Origin: Saccostrea echinata
Taxonomy: Eukaryota
NCBI RefSeq assembly: GCF_033153115.1
Contig: NW_026889751.1
Location: forward strand, 8,680,001-8,744,000
DNA: 64,000 bases
Reading direction: 5' to 3'
Part shown: in pieces, positions 14,682 through 26,600 of the stretch
Position numbering within the stretch: the first letter of the stretch is position 1
Layout of the letters: every line of letters starts with the position of its first letter
Notes under the pieces: generated by a model
The model's input: the letters and a program-made list of their open reading frames with translations, nothing else
Databases searched by the model: none
Told to the model about the DNA's origin: nothing
Program-made: the position numbers and the translations under genes

Positions 14682-17600
14682 TTGAATTCCATGAAAGTGA
14701 CTTTTTTTTGGGGGGGGGGGATCTACTTTTTATTTTACAAAACATAAAAAGTAGGGCATCAATATTCTATGTAAGTTAGGTAACGATATAATTTTATTGA
14801 ATGAGATGGCAATTGCCGGTAGATTGAATGAATAATAAATATTTCGATGCAGGTAAATGTAAAAAAGAGAAAAAGGTTGTGAGATGTGCAAGCCGTAGAT
14901 TACAACTCAGTAGTGGTCGACAGAAGGAGATCAAGAAGCTTTGTAGACTGGGGAATACCAGAGAAATTGAAGACGTCAGAGTCCAACTGGTCAAGCAAGA
15001 TAAAGTGTCTAAACCTTGCATCAACAAAAAGTCGTTTCGCTTACTCAAGAGGAAAGGGAGATGGCATTTGGAAGTTCGCAATGGTTGTCGAGGGAAATTC
15101 AAGATCCGATATCGCAGGAAAAGTAAGATTTCAAATAAGTTTATTTCTCATTCTCAGAGAATTTGATTTCCTATATTAATTCCCATGTTAAGTACATTGT
15201 TACTGAGCTTGTCGTAAGATATATGATCCTTTGTTTACGACGTAGATTGCTCCAGAAAATGCGGTCCCAATGCTGTTTGGAAGAAGAGACGAAGAGGCAG
15301 AGGAGGCAAATGTCGATGCAAGAGAGGTTATCGTGGAAATCCAAAGAAGGGAGGATGTACTGGTAAGATGATTTGTGAGTCTTGAAACTTACAATACGAT
15401 GGAAACAGTTTTTGAAAAAATATGACCAAAATCTATAAACCAAAACAAACTAACAAAAAAAAATCATTTAAAAAAACAACAGCATAAAAAGTTCCCATTT
15501 TTCATGTGCTAATGAAACTTACATACCGATACTTGTACATGAATTTAGTTGGTAATCTTGACAACTCCTCTTTATTTGCAAATTGATACATTTGTGGGGG
15601 AAAAAGTTGACAATATGTTGAGGAACTTGTCAAGATGAAATAATGGATTTTGGATATTGATGACCATGATCCAAATCCCATCTCTCTGTCCAATTCTCTT
15701 TCAGCTTCTTGTGTATGCCGAGCTTCTGGAGACCCACACTATTCTACATATGACGGTCAGAAAATCCACTTCATGGGCACTTGCAAGTACACGCTGACAA
15801 GAACATTGGGAAAGCAACCCTGTGCCTTTAACATCATGGTGTACAACGAAAGACGAAACAACAAGAAATCAGTGTCCTATACCAAACAAGTGGATGTGGA
15901 AATTGGCAACAACAGAGTTTCACTATTCAAAGGCAAGATATCCCAGGTAGGAACCTTCATGCACATCATTCTTCTTGTGAGTGGTGTTGCCATGGCCAAA
16001 TACTAGTATGCGATGAAAACATGTATGATACATGGGTACTTTTTTGTTGGAGGGATTGTCTGTTGACAAATGGAACTTGATTGTACCCGTTGGATTTGTA
16101 GGTCAATGAAAGAAATGTAAACATCACACAAATGCCCTTTGAAAAAGATGGCATTTTGTTGACGACTGTAGGGCGCCGTTTCGTCAAACTTCAATCACCA
16201 TCTTGTGGATTGACCGTGCTTTGGGATGGCAAGCATTCTGTGGAAGTTTCTGCCGACAAGGGTAAGTACGGCGGCAAAATGACTGGAATCTGTGGGGACT
16301 GCAATGGAAAGAGAGATGACTTCCGCTTGGCCAATGGAACAAATGTATCACGATTGCCAGCAAAGGAAAAGTACAGAGAAATCGGAGATAGTTATCGCGT
16401 GACAGATGCAAAGAGTCCTATATCTGCGTGAGTACGACGTTTAACGTGGTCCGACAGTCAAGTTGCGTTCCCTGTATCGTTTGCACGTGCTATGAAATAT
16501 CCATGAAAATTGTAAGAGTTGTTGATTTTCAGATGTGGTCCTACACCGGCATTTTCAAGTTGCACTCCGGAACAGACAAAGAGATTCAGTTCCAATGAAG
16601 CTTGTGGATTGATGGAGAGTACATCCGACGAAAATCCATTCAAGGAATGCGTCAAATGGATAAAAACGACTAAAGATGCGGACGGAAACAGTCCATTTTC
16701 TTCTTGTCTTATTGATGCATGCAACAACGACGGAGCGAAGTTGAAGACAGTGACCTGCCCCGCGCTGGAGGAATTCGAAGAAATATGTGTAGAGAATGGC
16801 TATGCCCCACCAGAGGATAATATCTGGCGAAACATCACTTCCTGTTGTGAGCATTTGTATTTCATACATGTATTTCTCATTGCCTGAAACTTTACTTTTA
16901 ACTTCATAAGGGACTAACCCCGATTAATATCTTTTGAGTTGATTTCAATTGCTTCAAGAAATAATAATCGTAAGCATTTATTTAAAGCATTGACAGAGGT
17001 TGAAAAATGCCATAAAAATGAGGAGTACGTAGAAGATGGAAGTGGATGTCCCAACACATGCCTGTCCCCAAAGGCGGAAGAAACCTGTTCTGATCCTGAT
17101 GTTGCAGGGTGTCAGTGTAAGAAAGGTTTTGTGAGAGATGGAGATATCTGCATACCTGTCAGTCAATGTGGATGCACTCTACTGAAGAAACGCGTTCCTG
17201 TACGGCATTACACTATTGTTTTCTTAAGCGATAAAACTTTTATTTGGAGGCAATAAAAATTGATTTTACGCAAGTCTTTTTTACTTTAAAAAATATCTTT
17301 TCTGTTTTGGATGTTAAAAATAGTTTTGAGAAATGAAGAAAAACCTGAACCCGAGAACAGTAATTTGATAAGGATAAAGAAACATTAAATACTTTAGATA
17401 TTTAGAATAATTTGATTCTATCTGTAGGTTCATAAAATAACACGTTCTCGATATTGTAGGTAAATTCGAGCATACTTTCAGTAGACTGCAAACAGAGAAT
17501 TTCATGCACTCTGAGGAACGGTGTTCCAAAAGTTATAGAAGAACCAGCAAAGTGTAGAACTGACGAAATATGTTTGAATCTAAAAGGAAGAGGGGAATGT

Positions 17601-20600
17601 AAAAAAGGTAGTCTATATTCAACGGATTTTTTTCTGCTAAGAATTCGTTTAACGTAATTTCATTAGGCTATTGATGATCTCGTAAATGGAATAATAAATA
17701 AAGCCTTAAAATTAGAAACTTAAAAGTTGTAGTTTATGTGTATTTGGAGTTCAGGGTTACCACATTTATCTTTATGTAATAACCAGATGAACGTTTTATT
17801 TTCATTTGTTGCTAAATTTAAAACTAAACACAGTGTACAGACACGATACAGATAATTCCTATTTGAAAATTAGAAAAAAAGTTTTTATTGAAAAAAAGCT
17901 ACAAACCTGATGGGTTACAATTTTGTTAATTGTAAATATGAATTTCACAGCCCCAGCCATCGTCGCTGAAGCACCCATTCCTCCTCCTAAAGCTAGCTCA
18001 CCTGAAACTGGCCGTAAGTAATTTTATCATAACCGAGGTACAAAATTGATAGAGAAAGTTACAATCACACGAAATGTTGTGGACTAGCTTGAATCGTTAA
18101 AATAAACTTGGAACTAATATTTNNNNNNNNNNNNNNNNNNNNNNNNNNNNNNNNNNNNNNNNNNNNNNNNNNNNNNNNNNNNNNNNNNNNNNNNNNNNNN
18201 NNNNNNNNNNNNNNNNNNNNNNNNNNNNNNNNNNNNNNNNNNNNNNNNNNNNNNNNNNNNNNNNNNNNNNNNNNNNNNNNNNNNNNNNNTTTTACAAAAC
18301 ATAAAAAGTAGGGCATCAATATTCTATGTAAGTTAGGTAACGATATAATTTTATTGAATGAGATGGCAATTGCCGGTAGATTGAATGAATAATAAATATT
18401 TCGATGCAGGTAAATGTAAAAAAGAGAAAAAGGTTGTGAGATGTGCAAGCCGTAGATTACAACTCAGTAGTGGTCGACAGAAGGAGATCAAGAAGCTTTG
18501 TAGACTGGGGAATACCAGAGAAATTGAAGACGTCAGAGTCCAACTGGTCAAGCAAGATAAAGTGTCTAAACCTTGCATCAACAAAAAGTCGTTTCGCTTA
18601 CTCAAGAGGAAAGGGAGATGGCATTTGGAAGTTCGCAATGGTTGTCGAGGGAAATTCAAGATCCGATATCGCAGGAAAAGTAAGATTTCAAATAAGTTTA
18701 TTTCTCATTCTCAGAGAATTTGATTTCCTATATTAATTCCCATGTTAAGTACATTGTTACTGAGCTTGTCGTAAGATATATGATCCTTTGTTTACGACGT
18801 AGATTGCTCCAGAAAATGCGGTCCCAATGCTGTTTGGAAGAAGAGACGAAGAGGCAGAGGAGGCAAATGTCGATGCAAGAGAGGTTATCGTGGAAATCCA
18901 AAGAAGGGAGGATGTACTGGTAAGATGATTTGTGAGTCTTGAAACTTACAATACGATGGAAACAGTTTTTGAAAAAATATGACCAAAATCTATAAACCAA
19001 AACAAACTAACAAAAAAAAAATCATTTAAAAAAACAACAGCATAAAAAGTTCCCATTTTTCATGTGCTAATGAAACTTACATACCGATACTTGTACATGA
19101 ATTTAGTTGGTAATCTTGACAACTCCTCTTTATTTGCAAATTGATACATTTGTGGGGGAAAAAGTTGACAATATGTTGAGGAACTTGTCAAGATGAAATA
19201 ATGGATTTTGGATATTGATGACCATGATCCAAATCCCATCTCTCTGTCCAATTCTCTTTCAGCTTCTTGTGTATGCCGAGCTTCTGGAGACCCACACTAT
19301 TCTACATATGACGGTCAGAAAATCCACTTCATGGGCACTTGCAAGTACACGCTGACAAGAACATTGGGAAAGCAACCCTGTGCCTTTAACATCATGGTGT
19401 ACAACGAAAGACGAAACAACAAGAAATCAGTGTCCTATACCAAACAAGTGGATGTGGAAATTGGCAACAACAGAGTTTCACTATTCAAAGGCAAGATATC
19501 CCAGGTAGGAACCTTCATGCACATCATTCTTCTTGTGAGTGGTGTTGCCATGGCCAAATACTAGTATGCGATGAAAACATGTATGATACATGGGTACTTT
19601 TTTGTTGGAGGGATTGTCTGATGACAAATGGAACTTGATTGTACCCGTTGGATTTGTAGGTCAATGAAAGAAATGTAAACATCACACAAATGCCCTTTGA
19701 AAAAGATGGCATTTTGTTGACGACTGTAGGGCGCCGTTTCGTCAAACTTCAATCACCATCTTGTGGATTGACCGTGCTTTGGGATGGCAAGCATTCTGTG
19801 GAAGTTTCTGCCGACAAGGGTAAGTACGGCGGCAAAATGACTGGAATCTGTGGGGACTGCAATGGAAAGAGAGATGACTTCCGCTTGGCCAATGGAACAA
19901 ATGTATCACGATTGCCAGCAAAGGAAAAGTACAGAGAAATCGGAGATAGTTATCGCGTGACAGATGCAAAGAGTCCTATATCTGCGTGAGTACGACGTTT
20001 AACGTGGTCCGACAGTCAAGTTGCGTTCCCTGTATCGTTTGCACGTGCTATGAAATATCCATGAAAATTGTAAGAGTTGTTGATTTTCAGATGTGGTCCT
20101 ACACCGGCATTTTCAAGTTGCACTCCGGAACAGACAAAGAGATTCAGTTCCAATGAAGCTTGTGGATTGATGGAGAGTACATCCGACGAAAATCCATTCA
20201 AGGAATGCGTCAAATGGATGAAAACGACTAAAGATGCGGACGGAAACAGTCCATTTTCTTCTTGTCTTATTGATGCATGCAACAACGACGGAGCGAAGTT
20301 GAAGACAGTGACCTGCCCCGCGCTGGAGGAATTCGAAGAAATATGTGTAGAGAATGGCTATGCCCCACCAGAGGATAATATCTGGCGAAACATCACTTCC
20401 TGTTGTGAGCATTTGTATTTCATACATGTATTTCTCATTGCCTGAAACTTTACTTTTAACTTCATAAGGGACTAACCCCGATTAATATCTTTTGAGTTGA
20501 TTTCAATTGCTTCAAGAAATAATAATCGTAAGCATTTATTTAAAGCATTGACAGAGGTTGAAAAATGCCATAAAAATGAGGAGTACGTAGAAGATGGAAG

Positions 20601-23600
20601 TGGATGTCCCAACACATGCCTGTCCCCAAAGGCGGAAGAAACCTGTTCTGATCCTGATGTTGCAGGGTGTCAGTGTAAGAAAGGTTTTGTGAGAGATGGA
20701 GATATCTGCATACCTGTCAGTCAATGTGGATGCACTCTACTGAAGAAACGCGTTCCTGTACGGCATTACACTATTGTTTTCTTAAGCGATAAAACTTTTA
20801 TTTGGAGGCAATAAAAATTGATTTTACGCAAGTCTTTTTTACTTTAAAAAATATCTTTTCTGTTTTGGATGTTAAAAATAGTTTTGAGAAATGAAGAAAA
20901 ACCTGAACCCGAGAACAGTAATTTGATAAGGATAAAGAAACATTAAATACTTTAGATATTTAGAATAATTTGATTCTATCTGTAGGTTCATAAAATAACA
21001 CGTTCTTGATATTGTAGGTAAATTCGAGCATACTTTCTGTAGACTGCAAACAGAGAATTTCATGCACTCTGAGGAACGGTGTTCCAAAAGTTATAGAAGA
21101 ACCAGCAAAGTGTAGAACTGACGAAATATGTCTGAATCTAAAAGGAAGAGGGGAATGTAAAAAAGGTAGTCTATATTCAACAGATTTTTTTCTTCGAAGA
21201 AAGCGTTTAAGATAATTTCATTATAGATGGTCTCGTAAATGGAATTATAGCACAAAAATGCCAAAAATAAATTGTGAGGTAACCAGAATGTCCCTTTCAT
21301 ATCTTTGTTTTTGATAATCTAATGCGTGTATTAAGAAAACTTTTTTTTTCCTCATCAGAAGTTCAGAACTAATGTTTTCTTGTTTAAAATATATTTTTAT
21401 GGTGGAAGAGAAGATTTTTTTTAAAACTTAAATATACAAATTAGTGTAGGTTATACATATATATCACCAGCCAAGGAACTGATGAAGTAAATTTAAATAT
21501 TGACCTGCTAAGAGAGGTTAGCAAAATCAATATGATTTGAAATAATGGACATATCTATGTTTCGGTACTTTGATGATCAACATTTTAAACAGAATTCAGT
21601 ACGCATATTTCGAAATTATGCGAATATTACAGTACCCTACATGTTCAATTGCTGAGAGGATGTCATTCTCAAAGTATTTTAAAAGCAAATGCTAAAAAAA
21701 TACATACTTAACACCTCATGGAAAAAATGTAATGCAATATACAGTGAAGGCAATAAATGCTTTGTCGTCTGACATCTGAATTGCTTGACCTAAAACTCTG
21801 ACATCAGTTTATTAAATTCTCAACTGAAACCTCAGAATTTTCTGCTGAATAAAATAAGCACTTTCATACTCCGATGTTAACCGTATGACCACTTTGCACT
21901 CATAAAATTTCATATCCAAATACAAAACATAGAATATTTTCTGTATATACGTTCTTGAGATTTTTTGTTCTTTAAAAATAAAATTGTTTATTTCCTATTG
22001 TAGTACAAAAGAGTGCTCAAACAATGTTTTGTAGAAATATTTTGAGTTCTGCGCTATGTTTGTAGAAATTTACCATAAAACATATCTTCATTTGATACAC
22101 CTGTATATATGCTATTTTTACTTACAATCATAATGCAAGATAGATTGACTTCAACATTCACTATCCCTTTCAACTATTTCCAGTATTTACAAATATTGAT
22201 GCACTCGAAAATTTTAGGCTATAATGGATGTAAAATTATATATTGAATACATAATGTTAATTAAATTTCACAATTCCTTTTTTTTTTTTTTAAATATTTT
22301 ATTCAACTTAATGTATTAAACAAACAATTTTCATACATAATTTAATAATGAATACTGAAATTTCATTTCTTCTTAATTAACCGATTGGAAATGTCTCATT
22401 ATTTGTGTATATTTAAATCTTAATTTTATATTATTATCACATCAGAGTATTGTATCTATCACAAATCCTCTTAATATCAATAGGGTGTTAAGCACCTTCA
22501 TAACGTACCCATGGATTCGATGATGAAAGAAAATTTACATATCAGTTTTAATTTTTTTCAGCTAGTAAATGTTTACAAACATGGAATATTTGATATTTTT
22601 CTGTATTTATAAATAAAAATATTGCAGCTCCATCTGTTGCTACCAAAGCACCCATTTCACCTCCAAAAGCTTACTCACCTGAAACTGAACGTAAGTAATT
22701 TCGTTTTTTTTTTTTAACTAAATGCAATTCTCAAAAACTAAAAAAGAAATGAATTCTGCAGTTTTAATCCTTTTTTTAAAAATTCTTCCATAGAACGAGT
22801 CAGATTCCCTTTCTGCTATACTTATATACGAAAAAGGGTTTGACTTCAAAAGAAAGATTGTGAAACTACAGTGTGGTAGGGTAAAAAATACACAAAATGT
22901 TTATCTGTGTAAAGAATTGAATGCAAAAGATTGTTTGTATTCTTCATAAAATTATAGCAGAAAATAAAAGGTTGGTGTCACACAGATGGTCAAAGTCACA
23001 TAGCTAGGATGTAAAAAATAAAGATGATATAAATTCATTAAAAGAAACTCAATATAAAGGAAGGAAAATTGAGAGAGTGGTTAAAAAATAAAACTTGGGG
23101 TGAAATTCTTTCATTTTTTGTTATAAGTGGCTGCAAAATATTATTTTCAAGAAAAAATACATGAGAGAAAATCATAATAAACATTAAAATAAATTACTTC
23201 TGACTGAAATGTTTTCAATTAAATGCGTGTTCGTATAACTTTGTTTACTTGTGTAAGGCATTCCTGAAAAAAAAAAAGTTTAATATAATTTTGGAGATTC
23301 AGAACATTAATTCACACGAAAGGTTATTATCACGCAATTGAGTTGGAAAAAAAAGTTGTGTGAGAAAATTCTTTGCAATGCACTGAATAACATTATTATA
23401 AGGAGCTTTAAAGTTGAAATTCTGAAATACTGTCGATTCTGATAGCAACTTGTAGATTTGTAAAATGTTATTGTGAGTAATTGGTGGATTCTATAAAGAT
23501 ATTCAAAGAAAGAAGACAATGATTAAAACTACTGTGTTTTTTCATATCAACACCTTAGCTTGAGAATACTTACATATATGAAGTTTTAAAAACTTGCATC

Positions 23601-26600
23601 TAGAGCGAAAAAAAATTCTCGTTTGGAAAAATTCTACGCAAAGTGTTTTCTATAAGGATGAAATTTTATTGAATGAGATGATAATTGCTAGTAGGTAGAG
23701 TAATGTAATAATTTCGTTTCAGGTAAATGTAAAGAGGAGAGAAAAGTAATTCGGTGTGCAAGCCGTACTTTGCAGCTCAGAAGTGGACGAGAGAAAGATA
23801 TCAAGAAACTTTGCAGACTGGGAATCACCAGAAAAGTCGAAGACTTAGGAGTCCAATTGGTCAAACAAGACAAAGTGTCTAAACCTTGTATCAACAAGAA
23901 GTCATTCCGCTTACTCCGGAGGAAAGGGAAATGGCATTTGGAAGTTCGCAATGGTTGTCAAGGGAAATTCAAGATCCGATATCGAAAGAAAAGTGAGACC
24001 CTTTTTTTACTGTATTACCCATGCTTTGGTACCAGGTTGTGTTCTTTTTCGTAATTTTTTTTTTGAAGTTTTATTTCTCCGTTTGTTTATTTGATCCATA
24101 CTTAACGTAGACTGTAACAGAAAGTGTGGACCCAATGCAATATGGAGAAAAAATCGAAGAGGTAGAGGAGGCAAGTGTCGATGCAAGAGAGGCTATCGTG
24201 GAAATCCAAAGAAGGGAGGATGTACTGGTAAGATGTTTTCATAAATCTTGAAAATTTGATTTAAAAAACATCCTCAATGTTGTTGCTCAGAGGAAATTTC
24301 AAACATTATTTTTTTTGGTCTCTAAATACTACCTTTAGAAACTGTAGCGCTTCTCTTTTTCGTATTGTCTGTTTTTTTTCTATTCAGCTTCCTGTTTGTG
24401 TCGAGCTTCCGGAGACCCGCACTATTCAACATTCGATGGACAGAAAATCCATTTCATGGGCACATGCAAGTACACACTAACAAAAACGCTTGGTAAACAA
24501 CTATGTGCCTTCAACGTGATGGTGTACAATGAGAGACGGTACAATAAGAAATCTGTCTCCTATACCAAGCAGGTAGACGTCGAAATTGGCAGTACCTACG
24601 TTTCGTTATTCAAAGGCAAGGAAACAAAGGTAGTAACAATTCAAACACTCAATGAGGGAAAGGGAATCACAGACTTTATAAGGAATCAGTCCTCTTTTAA
24701 TCGATTGGGGTCATAATAAAGTGCACATGGATTTTTATGCGTTCATTTATTTTTATCCCCTGTTTTAGACATTTGCGACTCTTTTGTGCCTTTTGCAATT
24801 GTAGGTCAATGGAAGAGATATAAACGTTAGTAAAATGCCCTTTGAAAAAGATGGCATTTTACTTACGACGATAGGGCGCCGTTTCGTGAAACTCCAGTCA
24901 AAGTCTTGTGGATTGACGGTGCTTTGGGATGGCAAGCATTCTGTGGAGGTGACAGCCGACAAGAGAAGTTACGGTGGCAGGATGACTGGTATCTGTGGAG
25001 ACTGCAATGGAAAGAGGGATGACTTCCGTTTGGCCAATGGTACCAATGTATCACGATTGCCAGCAAAAGACAAGTACATAGAAATCGGAGATAGTTACCG
25101 TGTGACAGATGCTCAGAGTCCTTTATCTGTGTGAGTATTAGATGGAACGAGTATTCTCGGACCTCTTTTATTCAAAACTTAAAAGCTGATTTTGTTACAT
25201 GCTCAACTTGCAAACATGCAAGTCGCTTTTATGCTAGACATTCTTGAGGATATTTCGAACATCAAGATATAATTTTGTTTTCAATTGATTATTTTACATA
25301 TTAAATGTTTTAGAACATATGTTATTTACATTTTGTTTGGTTTTGCTGACAATTATAAATCATAATCTTGATTTTGTGTTCAGATATACTACATGTAGTA
25401 AATGTTTCAAGAACAGTTCTGGACTGATTGTCGGCACATTTATCTGAATGCGAGAAAACTGATTTTTAACAAGGCATTACCTCCCGACAGTGTTGACTGG
25501 TTTTTTTTTATTATAAACACTAACTCTTACAATTGTCGGTCCTATTTTCATTCAGTGGCTATTTCCTTTTGTGTTTTCTAGGTGCGGTCCCACGCCGGAA
25601 TTTTTAAGTTGCACTCCTGAGCAAAGTAAGAGGCTTAGCTCTCAAGAAAATTGTGGACTGATGGCGAGCACGTCCATCGAAAACCCATTCAAAGTATGCG
25701 TAGAGTGGATGAAGAAAACAGTGGAAGCGGACGGAAATAGCCCCTTTTCTTCCTGTCTCATTGATGCCTGCAATAACGACGGCACTCGACTGAAGAGCGT
25801 GACTTGCCCTGCACTAGAAGAATTCGAAGAAGTATGTGTAGAGAACGGTTATCCTCCACCAGAACAGAATAATTGGAGAAATATAACCTCTTGTCGTAAG
25901 TAATTTTTGCATTGATAAATTTTGAATCAGTTGATATAATTTCATTTAATGATAAAGGAAAAATAAACTTGAACAAATTAAATTTTGAACGTTATTTTTA
26001 AATAAGTAGATCATAAGCAGCTATACTACCTAAACTTTGCTTGAAGTTGACAATTTTCTGTTTAAATTTCTATTTAAAACGAATACATCGTACACTGATT
26101 ATAATATCAGCCTCTTTTATTATCTTAGAAAATCATATACAGATATTTTCTTTTGTAGCATTAACAGAACCCGAAAAATGCAAAGATAATGAGGTGTATT
26201 TGGAGGATGGAAGTGGTTGTCCCAACACTTGCCTGTCCCCAAAAGCGGAAGAAACCTGTTCTGATCGTGATATTGCAGGGTGTCAGTGTAAGAAAGGTTT
26301 TGTGAGAGATGGAGATTTTTGCATTCCTATTAGTCAATGTGGATGTGTCCTATTTAATAAACATTTCCCGGTAAGTTGATCTGTTTACACTCTTTTTAAG
26401 AAAGCAACCTATCAGGATATTTGCAGAAAAAGTATCACATTTGAGATAAATTGTAATACTTTTCTTTACGCATACAAAATGCGTGATGGAGTTCATATAC
26501 ACATTTGGTGGAATGCAAAATAAAAGTAACTAAATCTTGAGAAAGTTGTCCAGTAGTAGTAGAGCCCTTCTGAATATTTCAGATTTATCTGACAAGAATA

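Larger units (their letters stand above)
1..21181 (+). repeat. Intragenic tandem array of a ~3.53-3.56 kb unit; six copies visible, continuing upstream of the window
   Basis: Equivalent ORFs start at 640, 4195, 7754, 11284, 14828 and 18385. Exons and introns differ only by scattered SNPs and by homopolymer or (TA)n length. Confidence 0.97.

Noticed and set aside
201-21165. Six separate tandem genes, or an operon of small ORFs
   Set aside because: The ORF-track starts and stops fall in introns. The spliced unit has no start, signal peptide or stop and joins the next unit in frame.
1-21181. The array as a pure assembly artefact
   Set aside because: Not fully excluded. However, the copies carry distinct SNP combinations and (TA)n lengths, the stretch 7629-18122 is gap-free across about three units, and diverged copy 7 shows the cassette really does duplicate.
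606-21300. Recurring minus-strand ORFs (e.g. 606-914, 2205-2540, 2368-2682)
   Set aside because: These are antisense shadows of + strand exons. They recur only because the DNA is duplicated and show no recognisable motifs.
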